Source: Neoechinorhynchus agilis (Eukaryota > Animalia > Acanthocephala). Taken from it: 64,000 nt of DNA. The DNA lies in the NCBI GenBank assembly GCA_051530055.1, contig CM121343.1, positions 962,389 to 1,026,388 of the forward strand. The letters run 5' to 3'. The notes under the pieces are model-generated. The model was not told the DNA's origin. It made no database searches and was given only the letters and a program-made list of their open reading frames with translations. Below are positions 31,552-45,169 of the stretch, piece after piece (the stretch's first letter is position 1; every line of letters starts with the position of its first letter). The translations under genes and the position numbers were made by a program.

Positions 31552-34508
31552 CTAGAAAGAAGTAGAGAATTCGTTTTGTCCGCTTATAAGCTCAAGAGCT
31601 TTTATAGACTCTTGCTGAACATTGAAGTGCGGATCTTGTGAACCAAAAGACCGATAGGAGAGTTGGATCAGGTTTACACAATCGGATGGCTTGATTTCTG
31701 GGTACTTATGGATTTTATTGAGAATGAGTGAACAGTCCACGTTCATAAGAGCAGTGTAATATTCAATGGCAGGCATTAATGGTCCGCCTTTTCGCACTTG
31801 AAGATGGCATTCTCCAGTGGTGGACTGTTGATCAAATGGTTCTTCTACCATGTCGTTATGAGTTTTTGATGCCAAGGCGATGGCAGCGATGCAATTATTA
31901 AGCTTCTGTAAGTTTTTTAGCATCAATGAAATTGTTCGTCGAGATACTGTTTGAATAGGTTGAATGCGATCTATAAGCAATCGATTAAAAAAGCTAACAA
32001 TGGTACAACCAAATATAAACTCCAGTTTAAGTTCTTTATTTGCCAGGCTAAGTGAATGGGATATTGTTTCAAAGCATTGCCGTACATCAGTTTGAAAAAG
32101 TAATGTTGCATTTGATAATTTCTTTTTGTTGTCATCAGCCACTAGAAGAGCAGCATACAAATGGGTAGCGTGACCAAAGCAACGAGCACGGACATCAACA
32201 TATAAAAGTAGCAAGAAATCGATTGCCAGCTTTTTATTTTGTTGTAGACTCGAAGCCAATGCTTCCTTAGTTTCCTTTTCTACAAATGATGAAGTTTGAA
32301 AGGAATTTATGTCACTCTCTATTTGGTTCACAAGCCATTCGATTGAGTGCTGAACATATACAATCAATCGCATACGCCGTGATCCCCAGATAACTCTTCT
32401 ATGTTGCTCGTCAGAATGGGATTCGTCTGTTGTAAGTCGTAACAGCACTGCCTCCGTTTCCTTGAGAATCAAAGCTTCATTCAATTCCAAGACTTCATGG
32501 TTCATATAGATCCTCCTCATGTATCGGTCACATGAAGGAAGACTTCTTGTAAGTGGAGTTATGTTTCATGCAGTCTAAAAGACCCGAGGAAACACAACTT
32601 CACTGTTAAATATCGGTTAGTATCCGGATCTATAACCCATTCCAAACATAAAGGCGACAGTTTTGAAAAATCATCCGTGTTGTATTTGTTTCGACTATCA
32701 TCCATTTTCAAGTTTAACATATCGTTTATGATGGATGAACAAACATTGCAGTGTCTCACAAGTACATCGTTGGACGCAATCGCAAAGTCGTTTGCTAGGC
32801 TTGTCATATCATCTGAATAACCCTTGAGCCTCTTGATTGCATCAAATGCTGCCTTTGAAGATGCCAATATTATCTTTGGGTTGCGCGAGCGGTCGTAGTT
32901 GAATATAAGTGATCCTAGTATTAGATCAGAATTTTCGTAGCTCGATATAGCACGAATGGGTTTATCGAGCACATCAATAGATGCAATCAAACTCTCTCTT
33001 ACGATCTGTATTACTAACTTCTCCAAATGACTCTCACGAGACCGTCCGAATCCATCAATAGCTCTCTTTATAGGTCTAAATGCCTTTTGTATATTCTCTA
33101 TATTGGGCTCACATACCAAAGCGATCTCCTTTTTTGGAGGCGCTGGTGTTTTCTCCTTACTTTGCATCTTCTGACTTTGAGCCGAACGTCTGAACTTAAA
33201 CTCTTCTACTCGGTGACCTATTCCGTATGCTGTTGTATAAGAACCCGCCGTGATACCGCTCGTTCCGATATTCACATTTGGATTCGCGTAGCTGCTCATG
33301 CGGTTTATGGCCGGTTCAAAATATTTATCAAACTTAAATGAACTTAAAGATTGTTTAGTGTGATATTTCTCGTGATTGTCCTCGTCTAAGGGGCGGATAT
33401 GCTCGTACAATATATCAACATACACACGTTCGGCCGTTGACCAAGCGAGAGCACGGCTTCGTTCCGCATGAGGTCCATCGATATGCTCAATAATTAGTGA
33501 GCATTTATGAGCAGCGTCTCTAAACACTCCGAAAAGCTTATTGAGATAATCAGGCAGTATCTTGTATTTTGTAGCTAGAGTTGAACCAATACCTGTAAAT
33601 CGTTCTTGGATGAAGGCTTCAACGCTCTGTAACACAAAAGCGCTCATGGTTTCGTTAGGCATGCTAACAGAACTACTATCTCCGTTGCTAGTCCTAGCGT
33701 TCAATCCAGCAGCGTCGGCAAGCCTAATTGCTTCTCCAATTACCTTATGAAGCGCGTCAACTTTCTTTGACCAGACTTTATCATGGTCCGGATTTTCAAA
33801 ACTTAACTTATCGGACAACGAAATTTCATCGTCAATGAAATTCTGAATAGACAGTGATGCGCCCGATTCAGCAAACTGATCGCCAAATGTGTATACATCA
33901 ATTGCTTTCACGATCTCGGATCCCAATCTCTCGTGAGGAACTTTTAATAGGTAACGCCTCAAATCGTCGCCGACGCTTGAATCAACAGTTATACTTTCAA
34001 ATATCTGCTGCTTGTACGCGCGAATTACCAGGTCAACGGCGTGGACGAATCTTGATTCGCGAACATAGGTCTTCACTCTTGCGTCCACCTCACTGAGCTC
34101 ATTGATCAGATCGTAAATCTGTGCTAGACGACCTTGAAAGACTGATTCCTCCCATAAATCGCGGATATCTAATCGCCGCATGTGAAGCAGACTTTTACTA
34201 GTACGAACGGCGATGAGACAATAGCTACCCTCATCACGGCAATCCTCCAGCAACTTAAGCACTTGATTGAATAAGTGAATTAACTTAGCTAGTTGCCCAC
34301 TCGAATCGCTAATAGCTCGATCAATCCGCACATCAGAATTCTTGAACTGTTGCTCAACAAAATGTCTGTGGTTCTCGCGAGTTCGGCTATCGTCCGATTT
34401 CATTGTAAGATCTCTTACAATACGGGTTAGAAGCGCAAACGCCGATGATGATGAAAGACATCCCGTCACTCCATGAGCCGGTGAAAAATTTCCTGGATCA
34501 ATGAACAT
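31552..34508 (-). CDS. EXOC4: Exocyst complex component 4 (Sec8), 2 exons
   Basis: SLLHMRRLDIRDLW, LVCEPNIENI, LLLLYVDVRARCF and IEYYTAL parallel the human EXOC4 motifs LLHCKRDELRKLW, VCKPGARNI, LVLHLEVRVHCF and RQYYEML; one short GT-AG intron near 32545-32590. Confidence 0.85.
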
Positions 34509-35060
34509 ATCTAAAATAAGAATTCAATACGTCGACATTATTCGTTCTTCAAGAGCAGGGGTTTTAACGGCCTCCACTAAAATGAACGAACTTTTTTTGG
34601 GTTTCGAACACGATATGCTCCATCTCGCTTAAGAGTACTGATCCCATAGAATATATTTTTTGTATTCACAATACCTAAGGAGTTCATTTAGACAGCTCCT
34701 TGATTATATTCCTCAAATTTATATTTTATTTTTCGCCGGTAAAGTGGTTCAGAATTTAAAGCCACTATATATCTGCGAATTCTAGCAATAAACTGAGAGA
34801 TTTTTAAAGTAAAAAATTGAGAAACTAACAAATCTATACAGAAGCTCAGTTTTTGCCCTAACTTGGAAATAGCGGAAAATGACATGCTGAAATTTTTCTG
34901 CAAGGTGGCATGAAAACGAATTCATAAACCAAAAATTCTTAGGATTCAGAAACGACACCGATGTTGTATAAACACTCAGATTACGACTTCTATAAATAGA
35001 ATTGGAACGTCAGTTGTTTGACAAAACTCCAATTTGTTGTATGTAGTCTTTTAGTTCCTA

Positions 35061-37408
35061 TCAAAAAAGTTCAAATTTATTTTTTTCTTGCATCACGTCG
35101 AATAACCTTGGTGGAGCTCTGAATTTCAGTATTTCCTCGCATTCGTCTTTTACTACCCTTGTATTGATCATAAAACTGAAACAATGGGCATTTTCCATCC
35201 ATTTCACGTTGACGGATCCAATGCTCCTAAATCGGAGGTTACAGAGGTCAAAATAAGAGATTGCTTACAGTTTGTGATTGCTCCCTGAGGTCGAGAAAGT
35301 TAGAATTTCGAGTTTCCTCTATATACTTAGAGTTATCTGCTAGTCTTTCATAAAGCGATTTGAATTTGATTCGATGATGATCACGTTCGCATGTCTTAGA
35401 CAAAGCAAGTATCTATTCGAGAAAAAAGTAAGTCAACATGAAATACACCGAATGTATAAAACAAAAAGATCCTTTTGAGATTCTCCCTTGAGACACTTAA
35501 CATGAACAAAGACGGTCAAAAGACTGGATGCTAAAAGTCTTCTGCGAACTCCTTAAAATTCAAGAGCATTAAAGCGAGACTCGAACACTACTTAAAATGT
35601 TGTTTTCTGGCACGAAGAAAATAAAATGATTTTATTTTAAAATCCAATATTTCGGCACAATCTTATACGCCTTTATCAGGGTTGCAAATCATTTTAATTT
35701 CTCCGCCAGAAAACAGCCAATATGAGCAATTCAATCTTCAAACACTACTTAAAATGGAGATCAAACGGCATTTATAAACTTGGCGTCAACGCCACGAAAA
35801 GTACTGGAGTTTAAGGTGTCAGCGGATCGATTGAGAGGCGGTGAGAGAAGTGATAGTCTCGTTTTTATCTTCTGATTCCTTTCCAAAGGGAGAATTTCGA
35901 TAAGGAATAAATCAGTTGAAAGTTGCTTCTAATATTGTACAAACGTGGCGCACGAAGGCATACACCAAATCCGGGAAAGATATGTGGCAGGCATAGTGAG
36001 CAGCATATTCCAACGATAAACCATAAAGCGTATCGACAACGGAGTCCTAAAGTAAATAAAATGTTAGCTTCAATTTAGAGCACGATTGAATGTACCTGAA
36101 ATGAATTAGTCTGCATTTGTTCCTTGTTGAGTTTTAGCGAGAAAACAAAATTTGGCTCATTTTCGTTGTTCCGATTGGCGGTTTTTGTGTTGCGGTTAAG
36201 ATCGATTAATCTTAGAGCGTCTTCGATTTGCCGCAAGACTGGTATAAAGGTTTTCTTCTCCTTGCATAATGAAATGAGTTTAGCAATGCAAAAGAAACGG
36301 AGAGGTTGGTATCGTGGTGATTGTCCGCAGATCCTATGCAAGACTTCAGTGACAGTTGAGGAATGTTAATGCGTCGAACCTCATTGTTTCAGTGATTAAC
36401 TGGACCAGCGGTGCGACTAACAGCTCGATAGAGTCGGCGGGATTATTGTTAAGGCAGATAACTGTTGTCCATAGCTCAAGACCCTTCATAAAAGGCCAGC
36501 ATGTGACTTCTTTAAGTTTCTCTTTAGGATTTCTAATGGCTTGTCGTAACTTGATAGCAAGATTACGCATATGAACAAAGCATATCGGATAAGCCAAATC
36601 CGGATTTATAGCGCAAATGTCAGCGATGGAGTTTTGCATGAAACCGATCACATCACAGGTTTCCTCGGTTACACGACGAGTGTTAGCCAGATAATCGTTG
36701 ATCATAAACTGTATTTAGAAAGAGGTAATATCCAGAAATAATACAGAAACACACCTTCAATACACAATGTAAAGGATCCTCTGGTGCCTTAATGTCCTCA
36801 GCCTTGGAGCGACCACTTGAAGCTATTTTATGCAGACATATAAACGAAATCCGACCATTGATGGTTGATCGACTTGAAGATGACCAAACTTGAACCAAAT
36901 GCTTTATAAGTTTCCTCTCAATAAGAGGAAACTCCGCGTACAGTGGGAGCGCTTTTAGATCGGTACGTAATACCATTGAGCAAATATCGGAAGAGTCCAA
37001 AACGTTGGAACCCAATTCAATTAAATTTGAAAGGAATGCCCGGATATATCCCTTATTCTTATTCCAGGACTTCGAATGAACATGAATCGTCAATAGACAT
37101 TGAACCACTCGGCCCAAACATGTTTGAGTGAGAACATTGAGTACGTTCGGATCTCGGTAAACGATGCTTGAGGAGCTTTGTTTCTTATGCGTCACAGCAC
37201 CATTTTCGTTCAATGCACTTGTAAAAGCTTGTATAACCTTACGGATTACAACAATGTTCATTGAAGTATCCAAAATATTCTTCCATTCGTGTACTTGCTC
37301 AATACTCGGTGGCAACATCGACTCTATCGTTGGTGGTCCATTCGGATCGCAATCACTCAAGGTAGTCTCCTGTTTTTAAAACAGCAAATATACCAAGATG
37401 TTATTCAT
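35061..37408 (-). CDS. NOC2L: Nucleolar complex protein 2 homolog, multi-exon (ends approximate)
   Basis: VHEWK...KVIQAF, FMQNSI...LAYPICFVHMRNLAIKLRQAI, PRYQPLRFFCI, FIPVL, DSVVDTLYGLSLEY...ISFPDL and EHWIRQ...CPLFQFY match NOC2L; GT-AG introns. A putative first exon (ATG 37408) would need a 24-nt intron. Confidence 0.88.
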
Positions 37409-38644
37409 AGATTGTTTTTAGTCAAACGAAATAAAATTGATTTAATAAGAAAATTATGAAGCTTTCTCGCAATGTTTTTATTTCGCCTGACTAAAAACAT
37501 GTCAATATATTTCGAAAATCTGACCTTTTCGATGCTCCGATTGTCGTACTCCATCTAAAGAATTCTGAACTGTCAAATATGCTCATTAAGCTCACAAGTG
37601 CGACTTTGCGTCTAAAGAAATCAACTTAGATTTCTTTTGGTAGTTATTTCAACCCGGCGATTTAAATTCACTGATTTATTCCCCAATTTCACGGTGGAAA
37701 AACTAAGAAAAAATAGCATCCTTTCTCCTAAAGACAATAATCGATTTTCGAGCAACATAAACGATCGCAGTCAATCGGCTAAAATGAGTCTTTATCAAAA
37801 GCGTAGCCCATTCACTAATAAAAATAGGAGATGCGACGGTGAACATAATCCCGCATCGCGAAATATTTTATTGAGATATTTCAAATTCTCTTGATGATTA
37901 ATAGTAGAATCTTAAAACTTTACCGAATTCCATTTTAAAACCAAAAACCCCAATTTTAAGAGAAATCACAACAAATCGCAAACTCCCACAAAGACCATCG
38001 AGGAGAAATGGCTCTCCTCGGCTAAATGCAATGATTCTTCCTTCCTTTAGAAAAAAGTAATTTTAAGGGCAGTCTAACGCTTAGTAGCACCAAATTACAT
38101 ATTTTGTAGCCTAACAAATGAAATATATTGGGCGTTTTAAAGTTCTTTTCCGATTTTGGACTAAGAGAACCATTCTAATAAAGAAGACGCTTGTTTTTAC
38201 TAATACTTAACGTTTTTGAATGACGAACTCTTGCAATCTCGTGTTAAGCGGACTTAATAGTCTCCTCCCGAGGGGTTGAGACCAAGGATCTCGATCTATT
38301 GCTGTACTTCATTAATGTCCATAAACAGTATTCCCTACTGATTTGCTTTACCAATCATTTTTCTCCTTGCCGTTTTTCCATTGCCTAATGCAATTCGCTC
38401 GCGTGCTCAGTCTGATGATTAATGCGACCAAGGCTCTCTTTTGTGAATGCGCGGATTCGGATTAGCGACTAACGCTTTTCCTGGACTCGACAATTTTTAG
38501 AACTCATTAAAATGCACAGCTCACATCAACGTCTTTAAATTTCGCCGTTTTTATATAATACTCCCAGTTAATCCTGGCTTACTGAAATTAAGATCGACTA
38601 TTGTAAAGAAGTTGTTAATTTGTGTGTTCTTTGGTGATGAAAGA

Positions 38645-39908
38645 AAAATAGATATTGATTTCATGTATTATTGCCCTCGAGGTAAATTTGATTGTACATT
38701 GGCGAATCCTGTCTCATTTATTTATTTGAGAAATATTTCGCAAGGTTTTCCTTGCCTCTTCAGTCGCTATTGCTTGTAAGTTTTTAAATTGTACGTCGGC
38801 GAATCCTGTCTCATTTACTTATTTTAGAAATATTTCGGAAGGTTTTCCTTGCCTCTTCAGTCGCTGATGCTTGTAAGTTTTAAAATAATGAGTATCGATA
38901 AAACCGGGGACAGGATTAGCCAACGAACAAGAAATTGACTTATTATTCTCGAAATGGATATTGATTTCATGTATTATTGTCCTCGGGGTAAATTTGATTG
39001 TACGTTGGCGAATCCTGTCTCGTTTATTTATTTGAGAAATATTTCGCAAGGTTTTCCTTGCCTCTTCAGTCGCTATTGCTTGTAAGTTTTTAAATAATGA
39101 GTATCGATAAAACCGGGGACAGGATTCGCCAACGTACAAGATATTGATTTATTATTCTCAAAATAGATATTGATTTCATATATCATTGTCCTCGGGGTAA
39201 ATTTGATTGTACGTGGGCGAATCCTTTCTCATTTATTTATTTGAGAAATATTTCGGAAGGTTTTCCATGCCTCTTCAGTCGCTGATGCTTGTAAGTTTTT
39301 AAATAATGAGTATCGATAAAACCGGGGACAGGATTAGCCAACGAACAAGAAATTGACTTATCATTCTCGAAATGGATATTGATATCATGTATTGTTGTCC
39401 TCGGGGTAAATTTGATTGTACATTGGCGAATCCGGTCTCGTTTATTTATTTGAGAAATATTTCGCAAGGTATTCCTTGCCTCTTCAGTCGCTATTGCTTG
39501 TAAGTTTTTAAATAATGAGTATCGATAAAACCGGGGACAGGATTCGCCAACGTACAAGATATTTATTTCATATATCATTGTCCTCGGGGTCAATTTGATG
39601 GTACGTTGGCGAATCCTGTCTCGTTATTTTATTTGAGAAATATTTCACAAGTTTTTCCTTGCCTCTTCATTCGCTATTGCTTGTAAGTTTTTAAATGAAT
39701 AGTATCGATAAAACCGGGACAGGATTCGCCAACGTACAAGAAATTGATTTATTATTCTCAAAATAGATATTGATTTCATGTATTATTGTCCTCGAGGTAA
39801 ATTTAATTGTACGTTGGCGAATCCTGTCTCATTTATTTATTTTAGAAATATTTCGCAAAGTTTTCCTTGCCTCTTCAGTCGCTGTTGCTTGTAAGTTTTT
39901 AAATAATG
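38645..39908. repeat. 209-bp tandem array; each monomer contains a 22-bp inverted repeat; A/B alternation gives a ~418-bp higher-order unit
   Basis: TTGTACGTTGGCGAATCCTGTC (38998-39019) pairs with GACAGGATTCGCCAACGTACAA (39118-39139); recurrence at ~39011, 39220, 39429; further fragments at 41818-41875 and ~52400-52450. Confidence 0.9.
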
Positions 39909-41817
39909 ACCCGAAAGCATCAAGGACCCACATCGACAGCGATGGGGCGTGCATATCGGGAGACCAAGCATTAAAGACACTGCGATACTCGTTACCTCAT
40001 CAGTGAGCAGAGTTCCCACGGATTCCAAAGTAGCAACCTCCAACCACGCTCCCGATTCTTGTGTCGAAACTGCCAACAATATAGCTCGGACGACCGCGCC
40101 GCGAGAACCTGAAAGTACAGTGCTGTGAGCTCTCGCGACGAGAGGTTTGCCATAGATCGACTGTCTGAGGCCATTCACGGGAACATCGTTAGGGCGTGTC
40201 TGCTGGCACCATTCTTCAACTGCTACCACAAAGTCTTGGTCAAGACAAAACTTTCCCTTCAGAATTATCTTCGTCGGATGACACAGGCAATGAAGCTTGT
40301 CGCCACGCCTCATCTATCTATAGACGGTACTATATGCCTCTTCCAACTCGAATAGCGATCCAGGTTCACTATTTTCTAACTGCTCTCATTCCTATTGAAC
40401 TCGTCGGTTACATAATCTCTCTTGTACTTCTAGCAGCAACACTCGCTCTCTTAATCCGGTCCAAACGTGAATTCTGCATTCGAAATCGAATCCATATCTG
40501 TATAGAACTTTGTCTTATCCTTCAAACTCTAAGGACAAGCCCTTGCCGTGTCGTCGAGCTTAGCCAATCCTTCCTTATGTTTGAAGAATGTTGCTGTGCG
40601 GACATTATATAACAATTTGGGAATAAATAATGCGTTCTTTATCAGAAATAACGCTTCGTGAGCCGAGAGGGCGCTCACCCTATCGCACAGCCACGAAAGT
40701 TTCGGTATGATACGGCCGATCTCAGCTTCCACATTTGAATCAAAGACGCAACTTTGCTCTGGAATCACGAGTTATGGACCTGGAACTACGGCCTCGAACC
40801 CATACATTAGCTCCTTGACTTTGACAGCGTCTTCGATATTTAATACTAGGAGCTCACACTGTCCAGCATAAAGCTCAACGCCCAATCTCGCAGTCTCCCA
40901 AATCAGCGTCTCCAAATTGCACAGTACAACGGAGGGATCACCTCCGAGCGTAGCGTCATCCAAGTACCAAGCCTTGAAGCTGCAATGGAGAGAGTGCGTA
41001 GAGCGAGAGCTGCTTCACCAGTTGTAAAGGACATCATGTCCTTTATGTCCTTTAGGTGCTAAGGCCTTAGCGTGTCAAGCCCATGACCCGAACCATTTGC
41101 AAAAGATGAGATGGCCTTTTTTAACTCTAAAATTCTAGTGGGTGCCCTGTTTTGTATGGGAGGAGGTGGAATTTCAAAACTGTCACTACTGCATGGGTGT
41201 TTTGACCGGAGTATTTGTAGTGCCGCGTTGCCTCCTTTTGCGAAACTGTCGGAGGATAATAATAACCGAACGGCCCCGCGAACATCTCCGTCCGCTAGCT
41301 TGGAAGAAACACGTTCAGTCAGTGATCGCTTTGAAAAACGGCAACAAAACCCTCCCTTCGTACGTCCATTACGAACCTCGCGAAATTTCATTTCGAAATT
41401 GTTAAATATTTGTTCGAAGGAGACCACCCTTTCTTTGATTGTTGATCTCAAAGACACCCCAGAATCATCACTGGTTCAAAGGACTAAGCGCGGGAATGCG
41501 AAGAGCCGTGCCCATGATGGCGTACAGTTCTTTTGGAGGCAATGGTTGCGCAATCCCGCAAATGCTATGGCGACTTGATGTCGTGCGCCCTTTGCGATCC
41601 GTTTCAGGACGTTCCTGGGCAGAACACGCACGATATCTGGTGTCGAAATAGAGTCAGTGGTGATCTGAGAGGTCCCAGGCATAAATAGATCGGTTGATTG
41701 TGGTGGAGAACCAGACCTGCTACAGCGGAGATCCCGAGGACCATGGGCAAACAAAAACCCCAAATTGGTCAATTTAAAAGACTTGCCGACAATCGAATAC
41801 ACACCAGTAGAGACGCG
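39909..41817 (-). mobile_element. Internally deleted CRE-clade retrotransposon inserted in the 209-bp array
   Basis: LKRIAKGAR...SWARLFAFPRLVL N-terminus, WYLDDATL RT motif, CRCG knuckle; nearly identical to 53000-55340 but missing most of the RT core; satellite sequence resumes on both sides. Confidence 0.88.
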
Positions 41818-42139
41818 TAAAACCGGGGGACATGATTCGCCAACGTACAAGATATTGATTTATTATTCTCAATATTTTGTCCGTCTCGTTGGACTTCTTC
41901 AAATCGTTAGTTATTAATAGAAGCTCACGATCTCTTCTACAGCTATGCGAAATAACGGTTAGAAGCGTAGGGTCGCCATTAAAGACAGTTTTGACCAATT
42001 CGTTTAGTTTTGGAACGACGTTTATGATGGAACGTAAAAGTCTTACAAATGTGGCTTAAGATTCTTATATGGCGAACAAAGTAACGACTTCTAAAAACAA
42101 TTTTAATCTAACAATAAAAACTATACGCAACCTTAAGGT

Positions 42140-42220
42140 CTTTGAGTACGAGGCAATGCTGTTAGCGTGATAGCCACAGTTGAAGAAGGAGAGAAGGTCC
42201 GATTTTGCGGACGGTGGTGA
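42140..42220 (+). mobile_element. Short CRE 3' tail fragment
   Basis: RGNAVSVIATVEEGEKVRFCGRW* followed by the same ttgttg tail as the other copies. Confidence 0.65.
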
Positions 42221-42338
42221 TTGTTGGAAAATTGAATTCAATTAGGAGTTGTGTGTTTATTTATCGAACTTTTTTAGAGAAACAATTTTATTTTTAAATG
42301 TTTTTACTGGCAAACCGGTTCTTTTAATTCAGATTCAT

Positions 42339-42586
42339 GACATCCCTTCCTCGGTCTTTTAGTTTTTCTTTTTGGCATGAAGCGAGGATGAAATACCTCG
42401 TTGAAGGAATAGGAAACTCACTGATGAGTCGTGCCTCTTCGGGAGGTATCTGAGGATCTGGACGGGGATTCGTACAAACTCTTTACCGTATGAATTTGAT
42501 TCTCAGTGATTCAATCACTTCTCTGATACGAGAGATCGGTATGGCATCATGCCAAAAAGAAAGACAGAAGCCGAGGAAGAGATATC
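42339..42586 (+). ncRNA. Second copy of the permuted-hammerhead element, with ~40-bp imperfect terminal inverted arms
   Basis: GAT-GAAA-TACCTC...CTCA-CTGATGA-GTC...GAGGTA-TC-TGAG (42387-42454); arms 42339-42380 and 42547-42586 are complementary; downstream gtacaaactct and tcacttctctgat shared with copy 1. Confidence 0.6.
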
Positions 42587-44559
42587 CCAACTCTGAATAT
42601 AACAATAATTTATTAATTATACTTGTTCACTTTTAAGTGTACAACAGTGATTAAATCAAGAAATACTGTGAATTATACGTTATTTTGATATGTTTAAGTT
42701 GTTGATCTTTATCGTGTTGTTTGAGGAATGATGCATTTTGTAGCAGGATTTCGCCAATATGTTCGGATAGTTGATGACCTCGACTGAAAAAGTTTTGGAT
42801 TTAAATAACCCATGTTTTCAATATATTTAAGATTTAACTTCAATGCCCTTGTACATTAGCGTTTGCTAGTTTTAAAATCTTTTTAAATTGTTTAATGTCT
42901 AATTTTTCATTTAGAATCAAAATTGTATCCTAAACATTTTAATGCTATTTAACATCGTTACAAATTGATTTCTTATTATTAATTTTAGTTTCTTGTTAAT
43001 GGCTAAAACTTTAGTTTTATTAGGATTAATCTGGAGACACTTCATCCATGCATTGTTGGTAAAAAGAATAGCACTTATCCGCATAGATGACCGTTTTAAT
43101 ACCTCTTCTGTTAATAGTTGAAAGAAATTGCATGGCTATTGTTGGAGCAAATGAACAATTAAATGTCAAACTGAAATGGAGGGATTTATTCGAAGAGAAA
43201 GGATGTGGTATAAGTCTGCATAATTAATTGTTGGTGAATTAGCTTTGGCTCCTTTGTCTATTGCGCCCTATCAATGTCAATCCATAAATTGATTCTGTCA
43301 GCCCTGTCAGATGTATGTACCCAATTGTAAGGCAACTTTCCTTCATCCGCTGTTCAGGCGGACGTCCCCGTGAATAAACGACCAAACCAGCGATAGTCAA
43401 AATAGCTTTGTTGTTTAGCCCTAGGTCCGGTAGTCTTTAATAGACGCCTAAATTTCGCTAGATGGGGGTTGGTGAGAAACTAGTTATGAAAGTATATCCC
43501 AGGGAATCATAGGAACACTGTCGTGTATTCTAAATGTAGATCATGTTAATATATTGATTTGACGCATTTTCAAATAGGTTTTTAGTATACATGGAGCCAA
43601 TACCCATACGGAGTCGGCAGGATCACTTTTAGAGCTATTCTCATCGTGCAAAACTTTTCTCTTATCTGTAGTGGATTCTTTGTTTGCTCTATAATGTTTA
43701 TTTAAGAAAAACTATGAATAAGGATTTCAGGCTTCTTATTGCGCCAAATTTATCGAGGATTACTAAGGTAAATTTCTTGATCCCCTTCCCCCCGCGGGAA
43801 ATGAAATTTTTGATTGTAATTGCACCTTTTATTCCCGATGTTTCGTTAAATTCAAAAGGTCCTACACGTAAAAAGGATTATACTATTTTCCAAGGAAACT
43901 CTGGGCATTCATTCACCCTCAGAGCTTACTGAAAACTATTTCCTAAAGATGCTACAAGATTGAATAATCTCTTCATCCTAGCTGAACTCGCCGAAAGATT
44001 TGAAGTTGAGGACTTTCATTGCATTGAATCTGAATTAGGAGTTAAACTGATTAAATATTTGTTGTAATCTATGTTCGGTGTCCTTGAATGTTGCGATATC
44101 AGTTTGCCGGCTACATTTTTTGAGTTCCTCGAATACTTCTACGACTTAAACCTGAAAATTTGTCCGAAAAGTGCTTGAAGGAATCACATTAAATCTTAAT
44201 ACACTTTTGAACTTTTAGGCATAATGTGCTCAGCTCCCCACATTGAAAGTGGATCTAAATCCAAGGGAACGATCAAATGGGCCAATTATGGCAATGTTCG
44301 TCCTGATTTACCGCCAGCTTACACGTTCACTAAGAAATATTTTAATTAGACCTGTGGTAAACATAATCCCGGGCATGAAATACTCCAGCTTAAATTGTAG
44401 AAAACTTACAAGCAATGTTTGATAAGGAGGTTGAGGCCCCGCAAAAATTTGAATGTTTACAAATAAATCTCGAGAAAGTGTAAATTATTTAATCTTCACA
44501 AATTTTCGACAATGACAACTACAATTTGTTGTCTTCAAATGTTATGTTTGTTCGGCAGC

Positions 44560-44780
44560 TTCCTTGATGACCGCGTTGGATCGCCGCGCTGATTCGCTGC
44601 AACAGGAAGCTGCTGGATCGCATATCGCCGGTGGCATGTTTTAGCATCCCTCGCAGTCGGGAGAGGAAATAATCGGCTTCTTTTCCGAGACATCCCAGTG
44701 TTTCTACCGCAATCGGGATGAAAATATAATCCCGAGAATGGAAAACTCGCAGTATAGAGAAAATGAACCCCTTGAAGGAA
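44560..44780 (-). mobile_element. CRE 3' fragment of another subfamily
   Basis: FIPIAVETLGCLGKEADYFLSRLRGMLKHATGDMRSSSFLLQRISAAIQRG. Confidence 0.75.
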
Positions 44781-45169
44781 AAACTCGATTTATTTGAGAT
44801 ATTTCACGAAGTAACCTCTATCCACAAATTATTTTCACTTATAAATGCATACGATTACAGTATCATTACTAACTTTTTGTGAACTAACAAAATATTTGTC
44901 GTAAGTTCTTTAGGTTTCTTTTAAATCGTGTACAAGCAGGGATCAATTGAAGTGCTTAGTATAAATGAGCTCCCAACTAAAGTTGAAACAACGACCGATC
45001 TATCGGAAACCTTTTCGGGTTAATTTTCCAAACCGAAAACTTCTTTATTGCCAAGCTCACTCCTAGTTTGTAAGTCGCACCACTCTCAACCCCAAAATAT
45101 TCCAGTTTCATCCTTGCTGTTCGGATATCAACGGAAGAATCAGCTTATACATTGAATACTGAAATCGAT

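Noticed and set aside
38819-39593. ORFs with YVGES resembling a GIY-YIG motif
   Set aside because: They lie within the 209-bp satellite; no upstream GIY strand or conserved R/E residues.
43200-43390. Possible GIY-YIG remnant (VYSRGRPPEQRMKE, minus strand)
   Set aside because: A single degenerate motif without supporting flanking homology.
44570-44625. C/D-box snoRNA look-alike (TGATGA...CTGA inside a 9-bp inverted repeat)
   Set aside because: The opposite strand encodes the CRE RLE C-terminus, and the D box is not adjacent to the terminal stem.
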